A stretch of 64,000 nucleotides of DNA from Ginglymostoma cirratum. Its lineage: Eukaryota. This document shows positions 38,486 to 51,574 of the stretch, piece after piece. How positions within the stretch are numbered: position 1 is the first letter of the stretch; each line of letters starts with the position of its first letter. A program made the translations under genes and the position numbers. The notes under the pieces are model-generated. The model was not told the origin of the DNA. It ran no database searches and worked only from the letters and a program-made list of their open reading frames with translations. The stretch is from assembly GCA_024137785.1 (NCBI GenBank), contig JAHRHZ010000082.1, positions 8,324,371 to 8,388,370 of the forward strand. The letters run 5' to 3'.

Positions 38486-38523
38486 GCAGTTAATGTTTCA
38501 GATCAAGGACCTTCCATCAGTGC
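38486..38523 (-). mobile_element. Isolated decayed PLE hammerhead stub
   Basis: Minus strand CTGATGG-A-AGGTC-CTT-GATCT-GAAACATTAACT. Confidence 0.55.
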
Positions 38524-41034
38524 TGTTGCCTTAGAGTCATAGAGTCATACAGCACAGAAAAGGAGTCTACAGTGACCTTTCTACACTAATCCCACTTCGT
38601 TGGCAGAAAAATCCTGAATCCTAGGTTAGGTGGTACCTGCAGCTTGTGTTATATGCAAATTCAATGGGACATTGAATAATTGGCTACATGACCCGCGTGT
38701 CTCAGCAGTGTTTAATTAAGGATCCCATAAAGACAGGAATAAAACCTTGGATATTTCTGTTTTGATATTTTCCACATTTATGCTGTTCTCCTACCATGCT
38801 TCCCTGAAGAGGATTGCAAAAGGATGATTTCACAAGCATGAGCAAAACGCTGTGCTAACATGCCTGCAGAGTGTGTGATGCTTCTTCCAAAACTGTACAC
38901 CTAGAAATGTCACTTTCCGCTGTCAGTTGACCCATCCCCTACCTGAAGTTGAGATTCTCACAGCCCCTCCTAGAGCCAGATGCTAACTTGCTAAATTCCT
39001 GTGCTGGAAGTTGTTTTGCTGAGGTGCCAAATAATCCTCTTTGGTTTTAGTTTTTCAACTGTTAGGACACCTCTGTGTGGAATGTAGGTATGTGCAGTGA
39101 TAGAATTTGATATATTTAGCATTGACATGTAGGGCTGGTTTCATGGCACAAACTGAATTGTTTTTTCGCTGTTATGGAAGAATGAGATTGCAAACTGATT
39201 ATCTGTCATGTAATCTGAGCAAATTCAATCACCTTCCTTCGACTATAGATTTACCATTTGCTTTGGAGGTTGTGTTGGCATTCAGTATCCTGTTTATTAT
39301 GAGCATGTGCTGGATTTTTCAAACCTATCTCTATATTGGAGATGTTATAGTAAACAATGGTATAGAGCCAACTTCACCTTGTCTGCCTTATGATGTGGCT
39401 GAGGTGTTAGGGTTTATTTTTCTGTCTGTTACAGGAATATCATGGTATTAGTTCAAGAGGATCTGACAGCTGGAAACCCTGAAGTTTGAATACAACTTTA
39501 AACTGTGCCACCTATTTGCTATTTATGGAGGCCAGGGAATGTAAGATAAGAAATATGAAGAGCACCTAAGGAAGGCTGTGTGGACCAGACCTGGGGCAAT
39601 AATCAAAGGGAAACCATGCACAGGCTAGGAGAAGTAGGGCAGGGAGGCTAGTTGGAGATGGGGAGAGGTGGGGTGAGACAAAACTGAGTTGGTGAGTGGA
39701 GGAGGAAAGCAGAAGCAGGAAGCACACTGAATTGTGAAATATTCAATTCCATGAGTTTCTGTGCGGGCATGAGTTTGGATGGCACAATTCAAGAAGTCCA
39801 GTGTGCAACAGCACCTCTGCATCTGCTTGACTGGGTCTTCTAATGAGAAGACATGTTAGCCCTGGCATGAAGTGACAACAGGGATCAGTATGGCCATACC
39901 CATATGGAATAACGATGTGGACTCATCCAGGATTCTGATCTGTGTTCACTTATAACTAGTAAAGTGAATTTGGAACCAAGCATGTGACAGGAAAGTTTAT
40001 GCATAGCCCTGAAATCAGGAATGGTCTAACAATTTATACAAACACATTTTTCACATTAGAAGCATAATTGTACTAAGATTTAGTGAAAATAAATGGTTCC
40101 AATTTTTGACCAAACTATTTCCCATTTTTCTTAGCTCATTGAATCATAAATCATTGCATTATTTCTGAGTGGAACAGCATTTTGTGACCCATGGCAGTGA
40201 AATTGTTCTTGATGGTACTTGATGTGTACCTTGCTGGACCTTGATACTCTCAACACAATGGTCCGTTCTTTTGATGAATCTGGAGTTTGCATTATCGATT
40301 ACCTGCCAGAGGAGCATGTAGTACCTAAAATAATTCCATGATGACTTGATCATCTAACCCACAAGGAATGTGCAGTTGCAAATAGGTTATGTTGAGGTTG
40401 GGTAATTGTTAAATATTTTCTATATTCCCCAGTTGTCTACCACACATTCTCTTCATACCAAGGACTAGCTGTGAAGCTGGAACACGTTGATGATTCAGAA
40501 CTCTTTGTTTTGTTTTGTCAGGTGCTTTCTTTCATGGTTTGAATTTGTACTTGATAGTGCTGGATGATGTGGTGAGACGTGCTGTTGCTATGGTGCATTG
40601 TTTGGCACCAAAGAGCCCTGCGTACCTTTAAATTGAATGGGTGTTATTGAGGAGTTTGGCAATGAGGGGGGTATTCATGACGTAAAAACTCTCAAACCTC
40701 ACACTCAGTCTATTGAGAGGGATCAAATAACAACCATTTCCTGGAGGAAGGGAGTTCTGTTAGCAGACAGGAATATGCTGGAATGTTGCAAAACTTATAA
40801 GAGATCCTATTTCTTAGGGTGATTTGGTGTCACCAGTGACTTATTTTTGAACAGGACACTTTTTTGTTTCTTCTGCGTGGGTTGTCCAGAAGTTTCTATG
40901 GTGTGAATTTGATGTTACAGAGTCTGAATTTTTGTTTTCTACATCTATACTGTAAGATATGGAGATATTGTAGTTATTAAGGTTTTCACTAAAATTTATT
41001 TATCAGCGAAGCCATTGTGGAAACATGTTCATTG

Positions 41035-41142
41035 TCTGACTGCACTTCAAAAGTAATTGGCTGAAAACTCTAATTGGCTGCAAAGTGCTTTGAGAGGTCT
41101 GGCGGTCTGGAAAACTGCTACATAAATGCAATCCTTTGTTTA
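41035..41142 (+). mobile_element. DeuSINE-like 3' tail fragment
   Basis: gactgcacttcaaaagta...aattggctgcaaagtgctttg...gctacataaatgcaa, similar to the tail at 57215-57300. Confidence 0.6.
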
Positions 41143-42599
41143 TTTTTCTGTCATTCTGCTGCCACCTATCCAGAATTGGGCTCGACAAAAGGGTGGCGTG
41201 TCTAGAATGTATTTTGGCCTACAATGAGTGTAAAGCATTCTTTAGCCCTGCAGAGGTGATATTCTGTATTCTGAAGCACTTTCTGCCTGCTAATTCATCC
41301 CCAAATAGTGCAACACTGTATTTATCTTCCGAGGGATTATAAGAAAATACACTCCAATGCATAGCAGTCCAAGTGATGGTTTGCAACAGCAAGTCATCAC
41401 ATTTAGTTTTACTGTGCTAAGGTATCATGTGAGGAACTGATGACCAACTAATGCACTTTAAATAAATTACAATCTCTTTTGAGTGGTTTGGAAAGGTAGG
41501 TTTACAACAGCCTCAAAAGAAACACCGCATGTTTTAATATTTATGGAATGTTTTCAAAAAAGGTGCAAGAGTCACGACTTCAAAGCAGTATTATTGCATA
41601 TATTTCCAGTGTATTGTAGAAGGCGGTTTGTTTGTGAGCTTTAATTAAATATTAAACAAGAACTACGCCTGCTGATGGGAGTGGCAATTTTATTGATGCG
41701 TTAATGAATCTCCGATCGTCTGATCCTTTTCTTGAACTACCTGTGGGGAGAAATGCTGACAGAGGTGGTTGTGTTTTATTAGTTTGTCTGGTGAAGAGTA
41801 AACACACCTTGTTTAGAGTTCTGACACTTCTATAAACAGCAGAGCATTCTTAACACTATAGGAAGCCTTGGGTGGAGATTATTTTTGATCTTCTGGAATA
41901 AGGTCATCAACTTTTCTGCACTTTCATGTTTAGTGGGGCTATAATGTATGATTGATTAGTATCCACTGAAGCCTTAACAAATGTGACACCTTGTGACATT
42001 AGTAAGTTCAAGATACTCCCCCATGAGCTGATTAATTTCACCACTGCACAAGGCCTGAATTTTGCATACACTTGTCTTTCTGAAAAGTAAAATAAAACCC
42101 AGTACGGCACAGCAATAAGTACAGCATGCTTCCTGTGTGATTACTCCTAAAACAATCTTTCAGTCCTCGAGTTATAGCTATCAATACTTCACTCCTCCTG
42201 TTATATCTTGTTCTCCTCCATTGGTGCAGTGCACCCAGCACTTCACTTAAATGGAATTCTAGTGAAGGAAACATCTTCAATGCAGTTCGATGAGAATGAT
42301 CCATACTTGGGGCTGGATATCATCTGGGTAGCGGTGGCCCCCGTGACAGATCAAAAAGCTGGGAACGTAGCTTTGAGACTCTATGACAATGACCTGCTTG
42401 GGGGTTGTGCTGTCTATTGCAAATAGACAGCTAATAAGCTGCAAGAGTGGTGGCCACAGTTGTACTGCACTCACTGCTGGAGAAACAGCGCGACACTCCT
42501 CTGGAAGCAAGTTAAATGGATCTGGGCGTTGTTGAGGCTACTCCCTGATGGAAGGGCTGGGAGTGATATTAGTGATGTGTGGCCATTTCTACCAATCAC

Positions 42600-42873
42600 C
42601 ACCACCCACCTCACTGCCAAACCCCCAATCCTCAGGAAGCCTGCCAGGGTTTGCCAGGCAGCCTCCCCATAATGGAGGGCGCACCCCGCCACTGGTAAAA
42701 TGACAATGGGATGAGGCCCTTCATGGTTACTTCAATGGCACAAGGCCTCTGGGCAGGAGGGCCATCCTCCATTTCCCCCACCACCGTGATGGGTCTGCCA
42801 AATCTCGTTCTCCATTCTGATTTTACACACAACCACCTCCTGTCCCATTCCCGCAAGTTCCGTAACATTCTCC
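42600..42873. mobile_element. Possible subterminal region of a non-autonomous DNA transposon (Harbinger-like)
   Basis: GC-rich block with ggtaaaatg...ggcccttcatgg and a gtaacattctcc end; recalled pattern only. Confidence 0.25.
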
Positions 42874-43109
42874 ATTTGTTTAATGTGCATCCTTGTGACT
42901 ATCTTAAAATATTAAATTTTATTTATGTTTGTGTGAGAGAGAGAACACCACAAAAGATTATTACTGTCAGGCAGGTTGGATAGTTTATTTCTTTGTGTTC
43001 AGCCCTTGTGCTGTGAGGATCCTTACTTTTGTCCAGATTTAGGCATTTTTCTTTCAACTTTTCATATCTGAGCACAAATGCTGATGGTAGCGCCACTAAC
43101 AATCATGGT

Positions 43110-43484
43110 GTCGGTGATGTAGTGGTAATGTTGCTGCATTAATCCTCAAGAGGCCTAGTCTAATGCTCCAGAAGATGCAGGCTTAACCTAACAGGATGGA
43201 ACTTAAATTCAATTAATAGAATCAGGAACTTAAAGCTAATCTCAGCAATAGTGACCCATTAATTGCTGCTAAAACCCATCTGGTACACGAATGTCCTTTG
43301 ACGGTAGGAATTCTGCCATCCTTGAATGGCCTACATGGGACTCCAGACTGACAGCAATGTGGCAGATTCATAACTGTTCTCTGAATTAGCTCAGTAAGCC
43401 TGTAGTTCAAAATATTCCCATGATCAATTAGGGATTGGCAATAAATGCTGGTCTATAGCCAGCAAAGTTCACATCCCATGAACT
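43110..43484 (+). mobile_element. SINE family B relative (older)
   Basis: aaaacccatctggt...ctgccatcctt...actccagac...ggcaataaatgctgg...cacatcccatgaa. Confidence 0.8.
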
Positions 43485-43754
43485 CACCAAAGATATTTGT
43501 CGGGTGATTCTGTTTCATTGGTCAGATTTTGGAGAGTCAGTGTTATCTCAAACAAGAGGGAGCAAACCAATATATCTGAACATTTCAGATTGAGGGTCTG
43601 ATTGCAGATGTATTGGTCTGCCGCTGGTCTGCAGATTCTGTTTCAGTCAAGGATAACCATGCTCACACTGCTTGGCTCCTGCCTGAATTCTTCTGTGCAT
43701 CGAATACATTTTCATTTGAAAACAGTTGAATTAGAGTCCATGCGTTGTCCACAT

Positions 43755-45340
43755 TCACAGAATCATAAAATTGTTATGGCGCAGAAGGAGGCCATTCAGC
43801 CCATCAGGTACTGTATATACCTAGGTACGTGTGACAATAATAACTCAAATCTCCAATGAGCATTATGACTCACTGTCATTCTCCTGCCTTTTCCCCACAC
43901 CCTTGCATATTATTTTTATTCAAATAGTCACTTAATACCCTCTTGAATGCCTCAAATGAATCTGCCTCCACCACAATTCCAGGCAGTGCATTCCAGACCT
44001 GAACTACTCATAGAGTCATACAGCATGGAAACAGACCCTTCGGTCCAACCTGTCCATGCCGACCATCATCCCAAACTAAGCTCGTCCCATCTGTCTGCAC
44101 TTGGGCCCATTTCCCTCCAAAGCTTTTCTATTGATGGACTCATCTAAATGTCTTTTAAATGTTGTAACTGTAGCTGCATCCACCACTTCCTCTGGAAGTT
44201 CATTCCACACATGGACCACTCTCTGTGTAAGAAAAGTTGTCCCTCAGGTCTTTTCTTAAATCTTGCTCCTCTCACCTTAAAAATACGCCCCCTCGTCTTG
44301 AAATCCCCTTCCTTGGGAAAAGATACCTGTTATTCACCTTTTCTATACCCCTCGTTATTTTATAAACCTCTAAGGTCACCTCTCAACTACCTACGCACCA
44401 ACGAGAAAAGTCCCAGCCTATCCAGCCTCTCCTTATAACTCAAACCCTCCAGCAACATTCTGGTAAATCTCTTCTGAACCCTCTCCAGCTTAATAATATC
44501 CTTCCTGTAACAGGGCAACGAGAACTGGACACAGTACAGAGGAGGTCTTACCAATGTCCTGTGCAACCTCAACATAAAGTCCCAAGTTGTACATTCAGCA
44601 GTCTGAGCAATAAAGGCAAGAATGCTAAAAGCCTTCGTAACTATTTTATCTGTATGTGATACTAACTTCAAAGAATTATATACTTGAACTCCTAGGTCTC
44701 TCTGTTCTTCAACACTGCCCAAGGCCCTACTTTTAATTGTATAAGTCTTATCTTTTGTTTTACCAAAATGATAAATGTGAGGTATTATAATGTGATGCTC
44801 CATTTGCCACTCTCCAGTCCATTGACCCAATTGACTAAGATTGCTTTATAATCTCAGATAACTTCCTTCACTGTCCACTATACCGCCAATCTTGGTGTCT
44901 TCCGCAAACTTTCACTCATTGTGAGGAAAACCGTTTTCACACATCACATTTGCAATTCACTTCAAATCTGTGCCCTCACTTTTTCTCCCTCCTTTTATGA
45001 ACTGGAACAGGTATTTCCTATCTACAGTATCCAGACCCCTCATAATTTTGAAAACTTCGATCAGATGTCTTCTTGAACTTCCTTGTCTTCAAGGAGAACA
45101 GTGCCAACCTCTCCAATCGATGCTCATGACTGAAGTTGTTCCCCCCAGAAGTACATTTTTTGAAGTCTTTTCTGCACTGTCTTCAAAGCGTCCACGTCCT
45201 TTTCTACGGACCCAGAAGTGAACACCAGCTGAGGTCCAATGTGTGTTTTATTTAAGTTTATCATAACCTCCTAGATCTTGTAGTCTATGTCCCTGTTAAT
45301 AAAGCCAAGGATACTGTATGCTTTATTAACTACCGTCTCC
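43755..45340 (-). mobile_element. Older CR1 3' fragment split by a younger CR1
   Basis: Segments 43755-44005 and 44914-45340 join into a sequence matching 13745-14048 (ccagacctga.c.actcattgtg). Confidence 0.8.
44006..44913 (-). mobile_element. Younger CR1, 5'-truncated at the RT catalytic motif
   Basis: ORF 44387-44830 (QRDLGVQV...LVRP..YCVQF...KDIIKLERVQKRFTRML.GLSYKERLDRLGLFSL); KFAEDTKIGG at ~44880-44910; actcat duplicated at 44006 and 44914. Confidence 0.93.
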
Positions 45341-45681
45341 ATAGAAGCACGGAAACTAGGTGCGGGATTGCACCAGTCAGCCCTTCCAGACTGCTCTGCC
45401 ATTTAATATGATCACGGCCAATCCTTTATCACAACACCATACTCCTGTTTTCACTTCACTACCCTTGTTGCTTTTAATATCTAAACATTTGTCAATCTCT
45501 TTGAATAAATTCAGTGATGCAGCATCCACAGCCTTCTGTGGTAGTGAATTCCACAGTTCCTGAGTGAAGAAATGTTTCTTCATTTCAGTCCTAAAAGGCC
45601 TACCCCATATCCTGAAACTGTTACCCGTGATTTTGGGCTCCCTTGGCAGGGGCAATATCCTCTCTGCATTAATTCTGTCAA
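45340..45681 (-). mobile_element. CR1 3' end
   Basis: ORF 45377-45703 GNSFRIWGRPFRTEMKKHFFTQ-LWNSLPQKAVDA. Confidence 0.9.
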
Positions 45682-45708
45682 GTTTTGGGTCAAGACCTTT
45701 CATCAGAA
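45682..45708 (-). mobile_element. Isolated decayed PLE hammerhead stub
   Basis: Minus strand TTCTGATGA-A-AGGTC-TT-GACCC-AAAAC (GAAA to AAAA, consistent with CpG decay). Confidence 0.55.
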
Positions 45709-48700
45709 TACATCCAGACTTAACTCCAGTGGTTTCTTTCTCCCTTCTGCCTTTGATAAATTATGGTATAAATCTGGAACCAGGTTGAGGCCTTGATTCC
45801 TCTGCATTTAATCTGCAAGATTTGGATAAATTTACCAGTCAAGCATGCACATACCTCCAGTTTACCCCTGAGTGTCACTCCTACTGTCTTTTATAGTAGG
45901 TGAACAAGCCATTCTGTTGTAAAAGCAATTCCTGCTGATGCAGCACTTAAAAGTTGGACAGTACATATGGTCTGACCAGTATTGCCAACATCTAGAAAAC
46001 AAATTAGATAGAATACTATTTTTAGAGCAGGCCAACCTATTTCTCCTTTGAGAAATATATGGTGTCGTGACAGAACGAAAATGAGGAAGTTTCTATTCTG
46101 TTGCTTAAATGGCATCCTGTGTGGATTGGTTGTATTTTGGATCGTGACCTAAATTGGCATGGAAAACTTAAAAGATTTTTGTTTACCGCAATGAGGGAAT
46201 TCCTGAGAAACTAATGTTTACTGGCCTTTCGGTGATGATGGATAATCACTTGTGTGTTTAAGTAATCTTTGGGCTGGTAAAATGCACACAGACGCATCAG
46301 TGCATGGGGCAGATGAATAACGCGGAATATGCTGAAGGGATTTTACAAAAAAAAGTATATGTGTGAGTCTCTGAAGCAAAAATTGGGGAATCAATTTGTC
46401 CTTTTCATGTAATCACATTGAGTCTCCTTCTTTCTTTGTGTGTAACTTGTTTTGATTTGTAGGTGGCCTCTCACGAGGGGAGGCCTTTTAATCCTGCGAC
46501 ACCTTTGACTTTCACCTTGGTGCTCGCCATTCAGGCAGGTTTAGTCATGTAGCACAGGATTAAAACAGCTCTTGAACAGTGAGGGACATAGTGGGACTTC
46601 TCCTCAGACACACAAAAGGCCCAAATAACATTTGGAGGTGGGGGAGGGGTTTGTACAGGGGAAGATTAAAAGGAGCAGTTTGTACTTGCTTGTGTGAATT
46701 ACTCCCCATATTGCTTTTGTGCCTCTGTTTCAACCTGCAGAAAGGCCTTGGTCATGTTGTACTGACCTCAGCAGGTAATGCATTGTTAAACAGCAAGGCA
46801 GAGTGGAAAGTACTGGGTTCAGCATTTTTGCAACTGAAAATTATCTTGAATCTCGGGAAGAATTTGGCTGCACTACACAGAGAATTCAGCCAACCATCAT
46901 GGCCAGTTTTCTTCAGAACTACCTGCTTGGCAGAGACACGGGAAAGCAATGTTACTTAAAGGGACAGTGTTCCACGGACAAGTCAGTCTGTCGCAGACAA
47001 GTACTCCCCGATTCCATCTGAAAATTGTTGTTTGCCTTTTGACCCAAAGGTGTGGCAGCCTTCTGTGCAATTGGAGTCAAGAGTTTGCTCAATTCACTCC
47101 CCTGCTCTCATTTGCCAGGATCTAAATTTCACTTGTCCACACTTGCCAATGACTTGTGTACAGTCTTCTCTGTGATAAGGCTTTCTGGCAGGTCTGAGTG
47201 CATGATTATAGATTTTAGCAATCTCAAAAGGAGTTTCAGACTTGGAGAAAGTTGCACTTAATTGGAAAAATAGATTTTGAGCTACATGGGGTTGCTTCAG
47301 AATGACATTCTTATTCTGTAATATGAAGCAATAGACTTTTAATTTGAAAGTGGTATTTACTTTCATCTTTTATTGTAATTTGGTTTAAGTGACTCACACT
47401 CGGGCACTTTCAATAAACAAACTTCTGTAACTCATTATTAATGTATCCTCTGTCTGTCTGAGGGTGTAAACTGAAGGGAAATTTGACTGCAGATTTTGTT
47501 CAGTAGTTGAATGGTTTGTTGACCGACTATATATCAAGGTTGGGAGTTGTGGACACAGGAAGTTCATCTCTACTCCATCCATTGAGTTCTTCCTGTTGAA
47601 AGAGCAAACTTTGAGATGATGACATGCTGGCAAACAAAACAAAATCGCAGTGTCTTAACACACTAATTTTCCCGAGTGCCTGTATGTTGTATGAGACTAT
47701 TGAAATTGTTCAAGGGTATGATGCATCAATTTGAGAGCATTGGATTGAATCCACAGTTGACGCTCATAAAAAAGGACATAATTACATGTTACTTGACAAG
47801 TGGTTCTGGATTAAGTTTCTAGTTTGTGATGCAATAAGTGAATTTCTTATTCAAAAGTTAGCTTTTTAGCAACATGAATGCCACCCATTTGATATCCTAC
47901 ATAATCCATTCCCAATTTCTGATTTTGATAAACAAATCTGTTTGTAAGCTCTGTTCATTTCAGTTTCTTTCCCAAGAATCCAGGCAGTACATGTAAATCA
48001 CCTTATGTGACTTATCACTGGTCACGTACCTGTGAAGGATGTGAGCCTGATGTCTTCTGTGAAAGTGGATTAATCCATTGTAACCAAGTTTAGGTTCTCA
48101 AAATCTTCCCATCCTCAACTGTATCCCTGTCACTGACCTGAGCTTTTCCATGACTTAGGCTGTAATTTGTGCCTTTGAATCATATGGCTTCCATTTGATT
48201 GTTGGGAAGTTCTCCGAGAACTTCTTTCCCTGTGGGAGCAGTAAGCTCCATCTGTTTCTGTCTGCACCACCACCCCCCCCCCCCCGCCACCTCCCCACCA
48301 AGCTTGTGTCCCCTTAGCTTTTGGTGTGGTCTTGCTTGATAAGTTGCAGATTAGGTCCAGATAGTTTTTGGTGTGCAGTTTGTTTTTACAGCTTACTAGT
48401 TTTCAACTCATTTTGCAGGTGTGCTGTAGCTTGAGTTTTACAAAGCCGTCAGGGAGATCGGCTCCTTATTTGCACGTGTAGCTATTGAAAAATAAACTCT
48501 GTGGTTGTTGTTGTTCCAGCATCAAGTTAAGGTTGTCAGCTTTCTGAGAGCCTGTGTGCAAGATTTTCTCAACAGGGGAATGTTCTGACATTTCAGTTTT
48601 TGGCAGTTTATGGTTTGTACTCTGTCAGTTTCACAAAGTGCTTCTATTTCTGTTCTGACAAATTAAATGACTGTAATTTAATAGAAAGTTATTGGATCCA

Positions 48701-49611
48701 CACTCTATTTTTATGTAGGAACACATGTATGGTAATATGCACAAATTTTCAGAGCAGAAAATGCCTTTGTTTTGGAAGCTGCTGGAGTGAACTGGTTATG
48801 AGTGCTGGATCTGATAGCTTCCAGTGTTGGATTGATATGCTCCATGCCAAGGATTCTGTAACACATGCTCATGAAAGTTAGATTTTATATTTTATCCTCC
48901 CTTTTTACCAAATTGCAGTTCCTACACTAAAATCCTCTGGTGTCAATTCAAATGTCAGTGCATTGTGTTGGCAGAGTGGGTGGTATCATCTCAAACTCAG
49001 ACGCTGTGGAAGATGTAGCTACTTTTTTAAGAGTGTGTTATTCTGTACTGTAGGCAGGATATTCATTGCCAAATAGCCAGCAAACTCTCAGCATGCTGGA
49101 CTTGGGCTCATATCCTGCATAGGTTAAAGGTCACACAGTGAAACTGTGACCTCATGCCAGTCATTGTCTGCACACTGCTTAATAACACATTTTTCTAATG
49201 TTTATTTCAGTGCAGATAAAGCATATGAAAAGCATTAAAGCCTAGTTAAACGAATATGGGATAAATGATATTCTCAGTAAGCTTTTTTCTGTCCTTCACA
49301 ACCTCAAGCTAATATGCTTGTTTGCCTGAACGTTAGTTCAGAATATACTAGTTCATGAGTTGTTTAGTACTGAATAGTATGAGTCAGAAATTTCTGATTG
49401 ACTTTTGTCCCTCTTGAAGCCTCGAAGTCGTCAGGAAAATGCTGTTTACATTGATACCGTTTTGGTTTTCCATTTGGAAGCCAAAAATCTGACTTTCAAA
49501 CCATAATTCAGGGAGTATATTGTTGCTGTGAAAACTGCCAGCTGGGCAGTATCCAAGATGGCAGTAGTTGGATCAAGCTCACCATCATTTTTGAACTGAA
49601 ACTGTATTCAG

Positions 49612-49835
49612 GGCACTGGGTGGTGCAGTTGGTGAGGGCACTGTCTGTACTTCTGAATTTTGGGTCCAGCCCAAACTAACAGCATAAAAAAATTCTCTCC
49701 CAAGCTCTAAGGGGTCTAATTGAGATTAGTTATGGAGGTTTTAACTCAGCTGTTGGTGGCACCAGTCCACACTTTGCGGGGAAAAAAACTGCACATAATT
49801 TAGTGCCAACTGGAACTCAATTGGAGGCCTCACTT
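49612..49835 (+). mobile_element. Ancient tRNA-headed SINE, LF-SINE-like
   Basis: tggtgcagttggt A-box, tccagccc after a degenerate B-box, then gtccaca...aaaaac...tgccaactggaactcaattgg..ggcctca resembling the recalled LF-SINE body. Confidence 0.4.
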
Positions 49836-50441
49836 GGTCTTTAATGATAGATAATTTTGGAAATGTTCCAGTGATATCATTAAGAGTGTTTACAGGTTGT
49901 GATTAAGCCTCATTGTCGGGGTATTAAAAAAGTAGCTGCTACGTTAAGACAGATGGTCTCCTCGGGGTCAATGCCTCTAAACGTTCCCTTCTGAATCCAA
50001 GTTTCATTCCAAATTGCTAGGTAAATGTCACGAGATCTGGGGATCAAACAGAGAATCCCAGTTACTGAGTTGGTCTGTTACATACACCACTTTGTGATCC
50101 CTTCACTTCCCTTTGATAGATGAATATATTCTGAGCACATGTGGTTCAACCAGTAAAACAACAGACACATTTACCCCCGGTTGAAAATGTATATTTTTTT
50201 GTCTCTGTCTTATTTACTGCATTCTTTACTGCTGATCAAAGTGTACAAGTGGGCAAGTGCTAGCTATTTTGGCAACTTGAAAGGAAAATAAGTTACGCTA
50301 TGAGAAAAACGCATTATTTTTTGTCTCAGCAAAACAAAAATGTTAAAACAGCTTTTTGAAAAGTTGGTTTCCAAAATGCTGACCTTTATGTAACAGCAAT
50401 ATTTCTTATTTACCCCTGCATTCTACATTTCAATATGGATC

Positions 50442-50599
50442 TTTATTTCTATTCATTCACCGATGAGGTGCCACTAGGCTAGCATTTATTGCTCATCCCA
50501 GAGGGTAGTTAAGAGTCAACCATATTCTATGGATCTGGAGTTACATGTCGTCCAGACCAGGTAAGTGTGGCAGTTTCCTTCCCCAAAGGACATTACTGA
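50442..50599 (-). mobile_element. SINE family B 3' fragment
   Basis: Reverse complement of the family B tail, nearly colinear with 30524-30675. Confidence 0.85.
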
Positions 50600-51574
50600 T
50601 GCTTTTATTTAAACTGTGGTGGTATATTGTGGAAATGCACATTTCAGGGCCCACAATCAAAGAGCATGTTAAATTGATATATCTGAATTGCCCCTGTGGC
50701 ATTGCCTAGCCAGTTGATTGATAAATGTTTATTTTACATGGAAGAGGGCAGTAGAGTTGGACTCTGGAAAGTCACTTCTCAAAGCTACCTCGTGACTGGA
50801 GCTTAGAATGGCAGTGAAGTAAAACTGTGCAGCAGTGTCAATGTTGTTGTTTGCCTGTAGAAAATGCAGCCAAAAAGGCAGAACCAAAATTTATGAGAAC
50901 AAGGAGCAAAGTTTATGGGTGGGCGGTACGTAAGAGACACCAAGATTTTTAAGCACATTTTGAACCATGGTACGCACCTACAAATTATATGCAACTGTTG
51001 AAATAAGCAGGCAGTGTTGTCTTGAACTTTTCTCTATTTTGTGATTTTTTTTTTCTTTTGTTCTACAACTGTGGGAAAATGGTGCCATTCTGCCATTTAT
51101 TGTTTCTTTTATTTAACCTGATAATTATTCATTTGTAGAAGCAAGTCCATCGAGTGGGAGAGACCTTGGTGGAGTGACAAAGACTCACTAGTCTTTTGTG
51201 GTGTAGTTGTAAGGTCATATCTGAAACTATATCTTGTATATAAGACAGGCTGGTCAGAGAGAAAGCAAGACAAAATCAAGAACTTTTGTCAGGCTTAAGC
51301 TTCTGTCAAACTCTATTAATTACACGTTAACACTGTATAAAACTATGCATGGTAATCTGAGATATCCAAGTTCCGTTGATATTTTCGCATTGTCAAGAGA
51401 CTGTTACTTACTTGTGCTTTTCGCTTCAAATCTATTTCAAATCTACCTTGTATTGTTCTTCCACCTTCTATCTTTTTTCTATCTAACTCCACCTACACGG
51501 TGCTATTTATGCCCTGTGGGAAACAGTTCTGTCATATCATCCTAAGGTTGCTCCAGGGTCCTAAAACCCTTACG

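Noticed and set aside
39079-39099. tggaatgtaggtatgtg resembling miR-1/206
   Set aside because: Matches only the first ~9 nt, and no complementary precursor arm is visible.
42208-42426. 72-aa ORF with protein-like composition
   Set aside because: No recognisable domain or convincing splice sites; lies next to probable decayed transposon sequence.
44387-44830. 147-aa ORF with RT-associated sequence as a functional CDS
   Set aside because: Fragment of a 5'-truncated, mutated CR1 ORF2 (FADD changed to FAED).
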